This document shows positions 18,575-25,632 of a stretch of DNA of 25,632 bases, in pieces (the first letter of the stretch is position 1; the number at the start of each line of letters is the position of its first letter). The notes under the pieces were generated by a model. The model saw nothing but the letters and a program-made list of their open reading frames with translations, searched no databases and was not told the origin of the DNA. The position numbers were made by a program, and so were the translations under genes. Origin of the DNA: a virus (Duplodnaviria; Caudoviricetes); IMG/VR virus record IMGVR_UViG_3300025673_000017, positions 1 to 25,632 of that record. The stretch is one strand, 5' to 3'.

Positions 18575-19171
18575 TTAGGCCCTCGCTGTAATCCATTCGG
18601 ACTCTTTACTTAACTCCTTAAATCCCTCGTTAGCATCGCGGGCGCGTGCTTCGGACACCAGGGCACTATACATTTTCTGTGCGGCCTCCATTCTTGCCGC
18701 GTCTCTAGTAATAGGCATGGCTAACTCGGTGGATAACTTCCACGACAGTGCCTGGATAAACATACTGCTGAACACGCTTGGCACAGTAACCTGGCGCGTG
18801 TAAATAAGTGTTGCGGCTTCTTGATCAGTCAAAATAACTTGCGATGAGAAATCATCCGCTAACGCTATCTCAAATTCAATAGCCTTGGGCCCGGGGCGAG
18901 TCCCGGCCGCGACAATCTCCAGGGCAGTCAGGCACTGGGCGGGATAACCATATCTGTACGCCCATCCACCGACAGGAGTTCCTAAGTCAGATAAAGCAAG
19001 ATAGTGCCGCGCAAAACCCCAGGGAAATGCGCGTAACACATAATCCCTTGCCCCCGAATAAAGTCGGTTACAAAAGAACGCCTCTTGCGATTGTTCAGTA
19101 AGCGACGCAATCGTCGCATCGGCGCCAAGATTAGACAGCGCCAGGTTGCAAATACTAACTTCACTTGCCAT
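18575..19171 (-). CDS. Tail tubular protein A / adaptor (T7 gp11-like), 198 aa
   Basis: MASEVSICNLALSNLG, R..VLR..PW.FA, W.Y.Y..P..CL, F..AL...L...LA.PIT and a WI.AR end. Confidence 0.9.
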   Translation of the reverse strand: MASEVSICNLALSNLGADATIASLTEQSQEAFFCNRLYSGARDYVLRAFPWGFARHYLALSDLGTPVGGWAYRYGYPAQCLTALEIVAAGTRPGPKAIEFEIALADDFSSQVILTDQEAATLIYTRQVTVPSVFSSMFIQALSWKLSTELAMPITRDAARMEAAQKMYSALVSEARARDANEGFKELSKESEWITARA

Positions 19172-19319
19172 TGGCTACCTTCTTTTTTCGTATACGTTTA
19201 GGTTTAGGGGCATCGATGACCTCCATCCATGACCCCCGATCGGCGGGCTCGATCTCAAAGACCGAACCCACTTCACGAAGCACGCCATAAAATCCTCGTT
19301 TAGTGGCGCGGACTTTCAT
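19161..19319 (-). CDS. Small hypothetical virion-module protein (52 aa), below the ORF-track cut-off
   Basis: MKVRATKRGFYGVLREVGSVFEIEPADRGSWMEVIDAPKPKRIRKKKVANGK*. It fills the gap exactly, overlaps the upstream stop (TGATG; alternative ATG at 19322) and overlaps the next start by 11 nt. Confidence 0.8.
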   Translation of the reverse strand: MKVRATKRGFYGVLREVGSVFEIEPADRGSWMEVIDAPKPKRIRKKKVANGK

Positions 19320-19723
19320 CATTCAAAGTCGGTGTATGCTTGCCACTGTGATGCGTCTTTTACGATTTGTGCGCTAAAAGCACCCGCCGTGATACTGGAT
19401 CCACCAATCGTGAAATAAGCACGAATGAACTGGAGGTTAGTATCTGGAAGACCCATTACGACCGCTTCTCCCGAAGCCATTGCGGCCACAGTACGAGACA
19501 GTACTAGATCCGTATAAGAGCCGGCCGCTGTTGCAGACGTTTGCAGTTTAAACGTGACCGTTGGCAATGTGCCCTCTTGAGTCGTATCACATGAAAAAAC
19601 AAGCCTCATGTCTTCACCCGGACCAATATCACGGTCCGAACCCAGATCAATAATGTTCGTCGATGCCGCACTTGCACTCACTGCTTGAGCATCTGACATT
19701 TGCAGATTGTAATCAATTATCAT
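19319..19723 (-). CDS. Capsid cement / decoration protein (Bbp16-like), 134 aa
   Basis: MIID....S..QA.......STNIIDLG, F.LQTS and ..IR..F.......AG.F.A pattern. Lies immediately after the major capsid gene. GAGG SD. Confidence 0.8.
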   Translation of the reverse strand: MIIDYNLQMSDAQAVSASAASTNIIDLGSDRDIGPGEDMRLVFSCDTTQEGTLPTVTFKLQTSATAAGSYTDLVLSRTVAAMASGEAVVMGLPDTNLQFIRAYFTIGGSSITAGAFSAQIVKDASQWQAYTDFE

Positions 19724-19735
19724 TTTTTACCTCGA

Positions 19736-20728
19736 TTAGCTAACAGTAGCTTCAGTATTTAAGAGAGCGTCATTGCGACGGAATGGGATACCGTCAAACG
19801 TCATAACACGTTTGCCCGCGACCTCATCCATTGCTAGACGAACATTAGTAGTGTTGGTGATTTGACGACGCAAGAACGATGAAATAGTTCTGTTACCGTA
19901 AAAGACCGCACGACCCAAGCCAAGATTCGGAACTCTCTCGATCGCTTGCACCATTAGATCGGTCAGATCAGCAGAAGAGCCCGCCTTAGTTGCTGACAAA
20001 TCGCTCACATCGACATTTGGAATACGAACCACATAACGCCAATCGCGCATAGATAGGCCAATGTCCCATTTATAATGAGTACGATAGCCCTGGTATTTGC
20101 CACCGGCCGCGTCTTCTAAGGTCCATTCGCCCAGGTCAGAATGCTTCAACCCGGCTTGTGATCCTTTAGGATAGATGCCGTGAACGGTATTCGGCCCCCA
20201 AACGACTAACCAGATAGACGTGTTATCCGAACCAGAGCCGCCACCGGCGATGATGTTGCCACCATTCTCAGCAGTTGTGCTACTGAACCGCGACGCTAAC
20301 CCTAAGAACTTTTCAGGATCAGTCCCGGTGTCACCATAGAACATGGTTTCAGCCATGGTCTGGTTCATGGATTCTAAAAACGCGCGGTCTTCAGAAAGGC
20401 GAAACGATCCAGTGTTGCCGTTTAAATCAGCTAACGCCTTATCGACTTCAGCATAGGCTTCAAGCATACCGCATGAATCAGTCACTTGAACTGTAGTTGA
20501 TTTGCTAGGCTGAACACCGTAGTTGAGTTTACGCCAGGTTGCAGAGGGAAGTCCTGAACGAATAGTCGTCCGATGGCCGGTAGGAAGGTTACCTTCGAGA
20601 AACGTCATATCCTCCAGGACTTCATTTGTTTCAGACAGTAATTCGACAATAGTGTCGATGCGACCGTCTGGGTCATTACGTTTTGCGACATCCGCTAACG
20701 TAGGATTGTTTGTTGATAATGTTGCCAT
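19736..20728 (-). CDS. Major capsid protein (BPP-1 Bbp17-like), 330 aa
   Basis: TL.DVAKR, IVELL..TNE.L.D, GLPS.TWR.LN.GV.P.KS, LEAY.EVDK.LADLNGN, SIWLVVWG, RDWRYVVRI.N and F.GIP.R..DALLNTE. AAGGAG SD. Confidence 0.93.
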   Translation of the reverse strand: MATLSTNNPTLADVAKRNDPDGRIDTIVELLSETNEVLEDMTFLEGNLPTGHRTTIRSGLPSATWRKLNYGVQPSKSTTVQVTDSCGMLEAYAEVDKALADLNGNTGSFRLSEDRAFLESMNQTMAETMFYGDTGTDPEKFLGLASRFSSTTAENGGNIIAGGGSGSDNTSIWLVVWGPNTVHGIYPKGSQAGLKHSDLGEWTLEDAAGGKYQGYRTHYKWDIGLSMRDWRYVVRIPNVDVSDLSATKAGSSADLTDLMVQAIERVPNLGLGRAVFYGNRTISSFLRRQITNTTNVRLAMDEVAGKRVMTFDGIPFRRNDALLNTEATVS

Positions 20729-20747
20729 TAGTCTAGCTCCTTGCTAA

Positions 20748-21353
20748 TTAATTCATGTCCGGGTAAAGCACCTTCTCATGAGATTGCGCTTGGTTCCCGG
20801 CTGAACCGGTCACTAACGAATCTTCACTCAAAGACTTACCCACATTGTGAAAGAGGCGGAAGACTTCGGGATGATTGCCCAAGCCTGATGAATCCAAAAG
20901 ATCGATTAACTCTGGCGAGGCGTATTTATCACGCGCCTTATGTGCCACGGCCACCGAAGCCTCAAATTTATCTCCACCAAAATCCTTATCGACCTTGATG
21001 GAATCCACCCATGTTTGTTGCTGACGGATATAACCTTCGGCCTCTTCGGTTTTCATCTTGACAACAAGATCAATACCGGCCTGGGCCGCCTCTTGGGATA
21101 GATTATTATCCTTGGCGTAGCCCTGGTAGTCGTTAAGCATACCCTCGTCAACACTGTAGCCATCAGGAAGCGAAAAGTCGGTATAGGTTTCAGGGGCACC
21201 CGCCTCTGCCTTTACTTCGTTTACTCCATCTTCTGCTTCAGGTGCAACAGATTCAGTCGCGACCTCTTCTTGAGAGGCCTCGGCAGAAACAGTTTCCTGA
21301 TTACTACTCGCATCAACATTTTCATTTTGTGATAGCAAGGTTTCTTCAGCCAT
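20748..21353 (-). CDS. Capsid scaffold / assembly protein, 201 aa
   Basis: Acidic N-terminus, APE.Y.DF..P.G, L.Q..AQ, GLGNHP...R.F..VGK...ED and C-terminal LYP. Lies just before the major capsid gene. Confidence 0.82.
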   Translation of the reverse strand: MAEETLLSQNENVDASSNQETVSAEASQEEVATESVAPEAEDGVNEVKAEAGAPETYTDFSLPDGYSVDEGMLNDYQGYAKDNNLSQEAAQAGIDLVVKMKTEEAEGYIRQQQTWVDSIKVDKDFGGDKFEASVAVAHKARDKYASPELIDLLDSSGLGNHPEVFRLFHNVGKSLSEDSLVTGSAGNQAQSHEKVLYPDMN

Positions 21354-21360
21354 TATTCAT

Positions 21361-21672
21361 TTACCTCTTTGGTTTGTTTTCAGTTTCCATCATCGGAAGC
21401 AACACGTTCTTCTCGTCGGCTTCTTCCGCTTCACTCAGTAACCACAAACCCACATTCCGCATCCCTTCATTAAAGAAGGTGTTTGAATTGCTACCTTGTT
21501 GGAAACTGCTTCGACGCATCCCGGATGTTTCCAGGATTCGCCAAACGATCCGTCGGCCCCAGTCCTCATTTAAAAGTTTATCGACGTCAGCAATCTCTTT
21601 GGAGCGCTGACGCTTCTCTTTTGCCTGGGCCTGGGCAACCGCTTGTTCATCTGATGCGTTCACTTTTTTCAT
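21361..21672 (-). CDS. Bbp19-like phage protein, 103 aa
   Basis: GRR.VW.IL...G and FNEG.RNVGL.L motifs, located between portal and scaffold. Confidence 0.78.
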   Translation of the reverse strand: MKKVNASDEQAVAQAQAKEKRQRSKEIADVDKLLNEDWGRRIVWRILETSGMRRSSFQQGSNSNTFFNEGMRNVGLWLLSEAEEADEKNVLLPMMETENKPKR

Positions 21673-21679
21673 GGTTGGC

Positions 21680-21711
21680 AGTGTTGCACACTTTTTTCAA
21701 ACAACTCGTCG
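21680..21711 (-). promoter_or_regulatory. Putative phage late promoter P2 (head/tail module)
   Basis: Minus strand reads CGACGAGTTGT-ttgaaaaaagtg-TG-c-AACACT, followed 7 nt later by the ATG at 21672. Confidence 0.65.
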
Positions 21712-21715
21712 CTCC

Positions 21716-23401
21716 TTATTGGGTTGGGCCAGACATACCACCGCCCATACCGCCCAGGATCGATGACAATACGCTTTCGTTGCCTGTGTCAGCTTCCGAT
21801 AAAGTCTTAGCACCTTGGGCCGCTTGTTGCATTTGCTCCATTTGGTGTTGTTGTTGTTGTGCCTGGGCGCGTTGCGCTCGGGTCACTTCAACCTCATCAC
21901 CAGGGATCACGACTTTAGGCGGCACACCTAACATCTCAGCATACTGATCAACCAACTGATCGGTGTCGAGCTTGTCCAGGACATCCGGTTTAGCCGCCGC
22001 CAGGTTGCCCACGAACGCACTGATCCGCTCCAGTGAACTGGTGCCAATCGCACGTTGAGCCTGGGCCATCACTGAAATATATTCAACCTTCAGGTCCATG
22101 CCTTGCAGTTCTTCAGGCGGTGGTGGTGTTAAGCCCTTACGCAACATGATATTGAAGGTCCGATCAATTAAAGGATCAAGCAATTCAGAGTGCAATCGCT
22201 CAAGCACCGGTCCTAGCATCAGCAACTTCTCTTCATGACGCTCTTCTACTTCACGCGCCGTGATTTGACGACGGTTACTCATCGTCATCATTTGGAATAG
22301 GTCCGCATAAAAGCCGTTACGAATACGCCCTTGCGTCTCTTGAATGTCTTGCTGTAATTCGCCTAGTCGAGGATTCACCTCATAGACCGGGCGGAATCCT
22401 AAATTACCCTGGGCCGCATCAACATAGGTCACGCCGCCTGGTAGCACAGAGGCTGTTTGCCCGCGCATCGCATGAGGCGCTTGCATCGGTGGGTTGACCA
22501 TCTTATCGATACCCTGGGCTTTACGTTTCTGTTCTATTTGTAAAGCCTTAACATCACCTAACACATCCATTCCAGGCGATTGGCCATAGATGTCAGCGCC
22601 GGTGACGTGCCACCTGGGCGCCATGACAGGAAACTCTTCATAACCTGACTCCGACAATACCTTATCGCCTGAAGACTTCTCGAAATAAACAGAGATGTAG
22701 GCCATATTCAAACTATCATCCTGGCTCGCATCTCGATTGATGTTGGGCTCAATCGCATGGATCACCTGAATCCATTGATCGACGTGACCATTGTTAAACT
22801 GGGTCTTCACCGCGTCACTACAAGCATCGATTCCAAACCATTCGACGACCTGGGCAACCGTCAATTGAAATTCACGGTAAAAGGTATTAGCCAACAATCG
22901 ATCAGAGAGTGCCAGGGCATATTCGCCCACGGTAAACGGATACGCGCGGATCACTGTCTCGGGGTCTTCTTCAATCAAGAGCGCCCCGGTGCCAAACACA
23001 CCCATCTCTTCATACACAGTTTGCAGACTGTTGTACAGATTCGACCTGGCAAACACGTCTTGCATTCTTTTTTCGACGATATGCACCCACTCCTTGACGG
23101 CGCCGGACTCCATGACTTCCGGGTCATGGGTCCCTAGCCTAAACCAGGGCCGGGCCGGTGACGTGATACCACTCATCATGCCGGCGGACAAGGTTCTGAC
23201 TGCCAGGGTCCCGGTAGAGTCAATGATCTTGCCGTTCTTCTTGGAGCCATCATTTACCTTAGTGGCTAGAAACCGGCCCCGTCGGGGAAGGATATACTCA
23301 GATAACTCTTGCCAATGCCCAAAGAAAGTGGACCGTTCCTTTTTTAGCGCGGCCCATCTTTTTAGGTAGCACTGACATTTTCCATGCTGACCTTTTGTCA
23401 T
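21716..23401 (-). CDS. Portal protein (head-to-tail connector, T7 gp8 / Bbp21-like), 561 aa
   Basis: W.EL..YILP, L.AGM.SG.TSPARPWF.L, PRW......YG.SP....L.D.K.LQ, TA.EV.ER.EEK...LGPV.ERL..E.L.P.I.R and a Gln-rich C-terminus. Confidence 0.95.
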   Translation of the reverse strand: MTKGQHGKCQCYLKRWAALKKERSTFFGHWQELSEYILPRRGRFLATKVNDGSKKNGKIIDSTGTLAVRTLSAGMMSGITSPARPWFRLGTHDPEVMESGAVKEWVHIVEKRMQDVFARSNLYNSLQTVYEEMGVFGTGALLIEEDPETVIRAYPFTVGEYALALSDRLLANTFYREFQLTVAQVVEWFGIDACSDAVKTQFNNGHVDQWIQVIHAIEPNINRDASQDDSLNMAYISVYFEKSSGDKVLSESGYEEFPVMAPRWHVTGADIYGQSPGMDVLGDVKALQIEQKRKAQGIDKMVNPPMQAPHAMRGQTASVLPGGVTYVDAAQGNLGFRPVYEVNPRLGELQQDIQETQGRIRNGFYADLFQMMTMSNRRQITAREVEERHEEKLLMLGPVLERLHSELLDPLIDRTFNIMLRKGLTPPPPEELQGMDLKVEYISVMAQAQRAIGTSSLERISAFVGNLAAAKPDVLDKLDTDQLVDQYAEMLGVPPKVVIPGDEVEVTRAQRAQAQQQQHQMEQMQQAAQGAKTLSEADTGNESVLSSILGGMGGGMSGPTQ

Positions 23402-23402
23402 A

Positions 23403-23633
23403 TCACATTCCTAACAATGTCTTCTTATCAGTGTATGCCGAAGACAAATCACCACGTCCACCTGTTAGAATGGTGCTTGCCCGGCCTCTTTTATTAGCCA
23501 ATTGGTTTTGGCCAGTGTTGGTGTCTTTGGCCATTTCGGGCGGTAATTTAGGTTCTCGCGGCGGTGGCGGTGGCGGTGGCGGTGGCGGTGGCGGGGTTGG
23601 GGGGGTTGGGATTGAAGGACTGCTTCCGCACAT
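23403..23633 (-). CDS. Small proline-rich pre-portal protein (76 aa), T7 gp6.7/7.3-position virion protein
   Basis: AAGGAG SD, MCG start, RG..STILTG..G and KTLLG* end, typical of the small gene preceding the portal in these phages. Contains a 12-Pro run. Confidence 0.8.
   Translation of the reverse strand: MCGSSPSIPTPPTPPPPPPPPPPPPREPKLPPEMAKDTNTGQNQLANKRGRASTILTGGRGDLSSAYTDKKTLLGM
23560..23594. repeat. Hexamer tandem repeat (GGCGGT)5 GGCGG encoding poly-proline
   Basis: Read directly. The minus strand gives (CCG CCA)5 CCG CCG = 12 Pro. Confidence 0.95.
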
Positions 23634-23645
23634 ATCAATATCTCC

Positions 23646-24947
23646 TTATTTGAAGGGGTCATAGTCGTGACTCACATCAGGCTGATGCTTGCCGTGTAGC
23701 CCCAGTTGTTTAGGGGCAATAGGGTGTGCAAACGTCAACGCAAGTGCGTCTGCTATATCCGGGGATCGCAATCCCCGCTTCTTAATGTCATCTTTGCTTT
23801 CAAGTTGCATGCGATTGTTGGCGTCGAACTTGTAAGTGGGCACGCACAGATCTGTTTTCAGCGCACTGTTGTTAGGGATGTCGCCACCGTCATCGATCCA
23901 TTGACGAATGCCATCCCACATCTCTGCACGCTTATTGCTGTAATGGTGGTTGGTGGGCTTGCCGCCGAAGTTTACCTCATTAATAAAGTAACCCAGTTGG
24001 CGTAATCGATCGATCACCCCCTCACCACGTCCGGCATCAATGAACACTGCGTCTGGCTTCCAATCAACAATATGTTGAGCGACCATTCCGGCCAGGGTCA
24101 TGTTGTCAATGTCGTCATAAATCACGGGCTCATAGGCCACCAGGCCCTCACGGCGTAAGATGACCGAACGATCATCACCGTAACGTGCCACGTCAACGCC
24201 TAATATCTTAGCCGATCCCTGGATGTCTGCCTGGGTCACCGTTCGTGCCGCCGCCGCTGAGACTTTATCTATAGTGATCAGAGCATTATCAATCGAGGCT
24301 GAGAAGTCGCATAGAAATTCTTGCCGGTATTGATTGTCTGACATCGCTGTTCGCGCCAGGTCGAGTTCTTCCTGGTCAATCACATCCGTCTCATCTACCC
24401 GGTACATACCGCCATACCATCGATCATCCGTTAAAGAATGTTGGTACAGGTCATGAAACTGGTTTATCCCCTTGGGCGTGCCAATGAATAGACACCAACC
24501 TTTGCGGTCAGCCAAAGCCGGCCTGATGATCTCCGGCCAGGTTTCCGGCCTCATGTCCGCGACCTCGTCCATCACGATCCCATCAAAATAAAGACCACGC
24601 ATGGCCTCGCCATTATCACTGCCATACAAGCGAATACGCCCGCCATTAGGAAAGTCGATCGCCAGGTCAGACTCATTCGCCCGGGTCCCAGGGATCTGCA
24701 AGGCAAACTTCTTTAGATAGTCCCAGGACACTTGCTTGGCTTGCTTTAAGTAAGGGGCGACGTAGCCAAAGCGGCCATCATTATTAGGGTAACGAAGGAT
24801 CGCATCAATCAAAGCATTGATCGCCAGGTAAGTTTTACCAAAGCGTCGGTGACAGACCAAGACCGAAAAGCGCCGCATATTTTGGTGTATCTCGGCCTGG
24901 TACTTGTGCGGGACATAACCGGTGTTGACCGTGACCGCATTAGTCAT
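23646..24947 (-). CDS. terL: Terminase large subunit (about 433 aa)
   Basis: Walker A VCHRRFGKT, Walker B IVMDE, IGTPKG coupling motif, and nuclease motifs GVDVARYGDD and SPDIADAL. Likely start is the ATG at 24947 (MTNAV...), overlapping the terS stop. Confidence 0.95.
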   Translation of the reverse strand: MTNAVTVNTGYVPHKYQAEIHQNMRRFSVLVCHRRFGKTYLAINALIDAILRYPNNDGRFGYVAPYLKQAKQVSWDYLKKFALQIPGTRANESDLAIDFPNGGRIRLYGSDNGEAMRGLYFDGIVMDEVADMRPETWPEIIRPALADRKGWCLFIGTPKGINQFHDLYQHSLTDDRWYGGMYRVDETDVIDQEELDLARTAMSDNQYRQEFLCDFSASIDNALITIDKVSAAAARTVTQADIQGSAKILGVDVARYGDDRSVILRREGLVAYEPVIYDDIDNMTLAGMVAQHIVDWKPDAVFIDAGRGEGVIDRLRQLGYFINEVNFGGKPTNHHYSNKRAEMWDGIRQWIDDGGDIPNNSALKTDLCVPTYKFDANNRMQLESKDDIKKRGLRSPDIADALALTFAHPIAPKQLGLHGKHQPDVSHDYDPFK

Positions 24948-25308
24948 CGCCAGGCGCCCGATCAATACCGGTTGAGACGTTGATCGTCAGATCACCGGTG
25001 TTCTTAACTTCTTTTTTATCGGCCCAACCGTGACGGTTTTTCATGTTCATATACCAACCGGTATAGTTGAACTGGCCGTTCTCTAAATTAACCCGGCCTT
25101 TGCGCTCCCACCAGGCGGCAGAAAGTTGCTCACCCTTTTTTATGGCCTCCGAAAATTCTTTATTCTCGCGCTTCCATCGATAGAAAGTATCTTCCCAGAT
25201 ACCGATCTCTGCCATTACTTCAATATGGGACGCGCCCTCACCCATCAATTGAATGACGGTGTCGCACATTTCGGGTTTGTATTTAGTCGGGCGCCCTACT
25301 TTTGCCAT
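24940..25308 (-). CDS. terS: Terminase small subunit (122 aa)
   Basis: GRPTKYKPE N-terminus, HTH-like segment (EVMAEIGI...TFYRW...EF.EA) and MKNR.GW.DK.E. Directly upstream of terL. Confidence 0.85.
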   Translation of the reverse strand: MAKVGRPTKYKPEMCDTVIQLMGEGASHIEVMAEIGIWEDTFYRWKRENKEFSEAIKKGEQLSAAWWERKGRVNLENGQFNYTGWYMNMKNRHGWADKKEVKNTGDLTINVSTGIDRAPGDD

Positions 25309-25338
25309 TAATAAGCCTGGTTCATCAATATGATAATC

Positions 25339-25370
25339 AGGCTATCACAAATATCAATTACAACTCGTCG
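25339..25370 (-). promoter_or_regulatory. Putative phage late promoter P1 (packaging module)
   Basis: Minus strand reads CGACGAGTTGT-aattgatatttg-TG-a-TAGCCT in the gap upstream of terS. Confidence 0.65.
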
Positions 25371-25381
25371 CGGCGCCAGGG

Positions 25382-25630
25382 TCAGTCGAACACGTTTTTC
25401 CTCCCCATCGGAATCGCAATCCGATGACTATAATTCACGATACCGCTCACCGTAGTCCTGGCACACTCGAACTTCTCAGCGATCTCAGAACACTGCATCC
25501 CATCTTCATGCAATTGCCGCATCAGTTCAACATCATGATCGGTTAGCCTGGCATTAGGATGCGTCTCACCACAGCGCTGACCCTCGATCGATAGCCGAAC
25601 TTCCCTACGACGCAAACAAAGTATGACCTT
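25382..25630 (-). CDS. Small helix-turn-helix DNA-binding protein, probably 5'-partial
   Basis: GETHPNARLTDHDVELMRQL..DGM...EIAEKFEC.RTTVSGIV is an HTH signature. The frame stays open upstream of the TTG at 25615 to the window edge, so the true start may lie outside. Confidence 0.72.
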   Translation of the reverse strand, partial: KVILCLRRREVRLSIEGQRCGETHPNARLTDHDVELMRQLHEDGMQCSEIAEKFECARTTVSGIVNYSHRIAIPMGRKNVFD

Positions 25631-25632
25631 TA

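Noticed and set aside
19724-19760. T7-style capsid frameshift or read-through extension
   Set aside because: No slippery sequence seen near the stop, and the cement gene follows with its own SD.
21661-21699. AAAAAAG as a -1 frameshift site
   Set aside because: The required A-AAA-AAG frame is preceded by a TGA stop in both copies, so it is not in a translated frame.
21845-21861. (TGT)n repeat in the portal gene
   Set aside because: It encodes the ordinary Gln-rich C-terminal helix of podovirus portals.
2053-25311. Many short plus-strand ORFs and alternative-frame minus-strand ORFs inside the large genes
   Set aside because: They overlap well-supported genes, show no recognisable motifs, and have the composition expected of antisense or off-frame translation.
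1-25632. CRISPR array, tRNA/rRNA, integrase, intron/intein, stop-codon recoding, intrinsic terminators
   Set aside because: None seen. Coding density is near complete under the standard code, terL, portal and capsid have normal lengths, and the gaps contain no hairpin-plus-U-tract.

Overview
The window is the virion morphogenesis region of a tailed dsDNA phage (or prophage) with podovirus-type gene content, resembling Bordetella phage BPP-1 or T7 structural modules. All real genes lie on the minus strand and are tightly packed. Read from right to left: an HTH protein, terminase small and large subunits, a 76-aa poly-proline protein, portal, Bbp19-like protein, scaffold, major capsid, Bbp16-like cement protein, a 52-aa gene missed by the ORF track, tail tubular proteins A and B, a gp13-like GNAT, two internal virion (ejection) proteins, a 3732-aa giant ejection protein, and three tail-fibre genes (the last runs off the window and is also missing from the track). 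Family names come from motif recognition and synteny; no database search was run. Three observations stand out. (1) A three-copy putative late promoter, CGACGAGTWGT-N12-TG-N-NNNNCT, sits in the three largest intergenic gaps, ahead of the packaging, head and fibre modules; one copy predicts a leaderless mRNA, and a candidate HTH activator lies next door. (2) The giant protein looks like a polyprotein: a Cys-rich GP88-like cassette and a split GNAT-like cassette are bounded by hydrophobic-hydrophobic-Gln linkers next to a HExxH peptidase. (3) The tail-fibre genes may form a plug-and-socket chain, with C-terminal (D/N)GGxF ends paired with Mtd_N-like starts.
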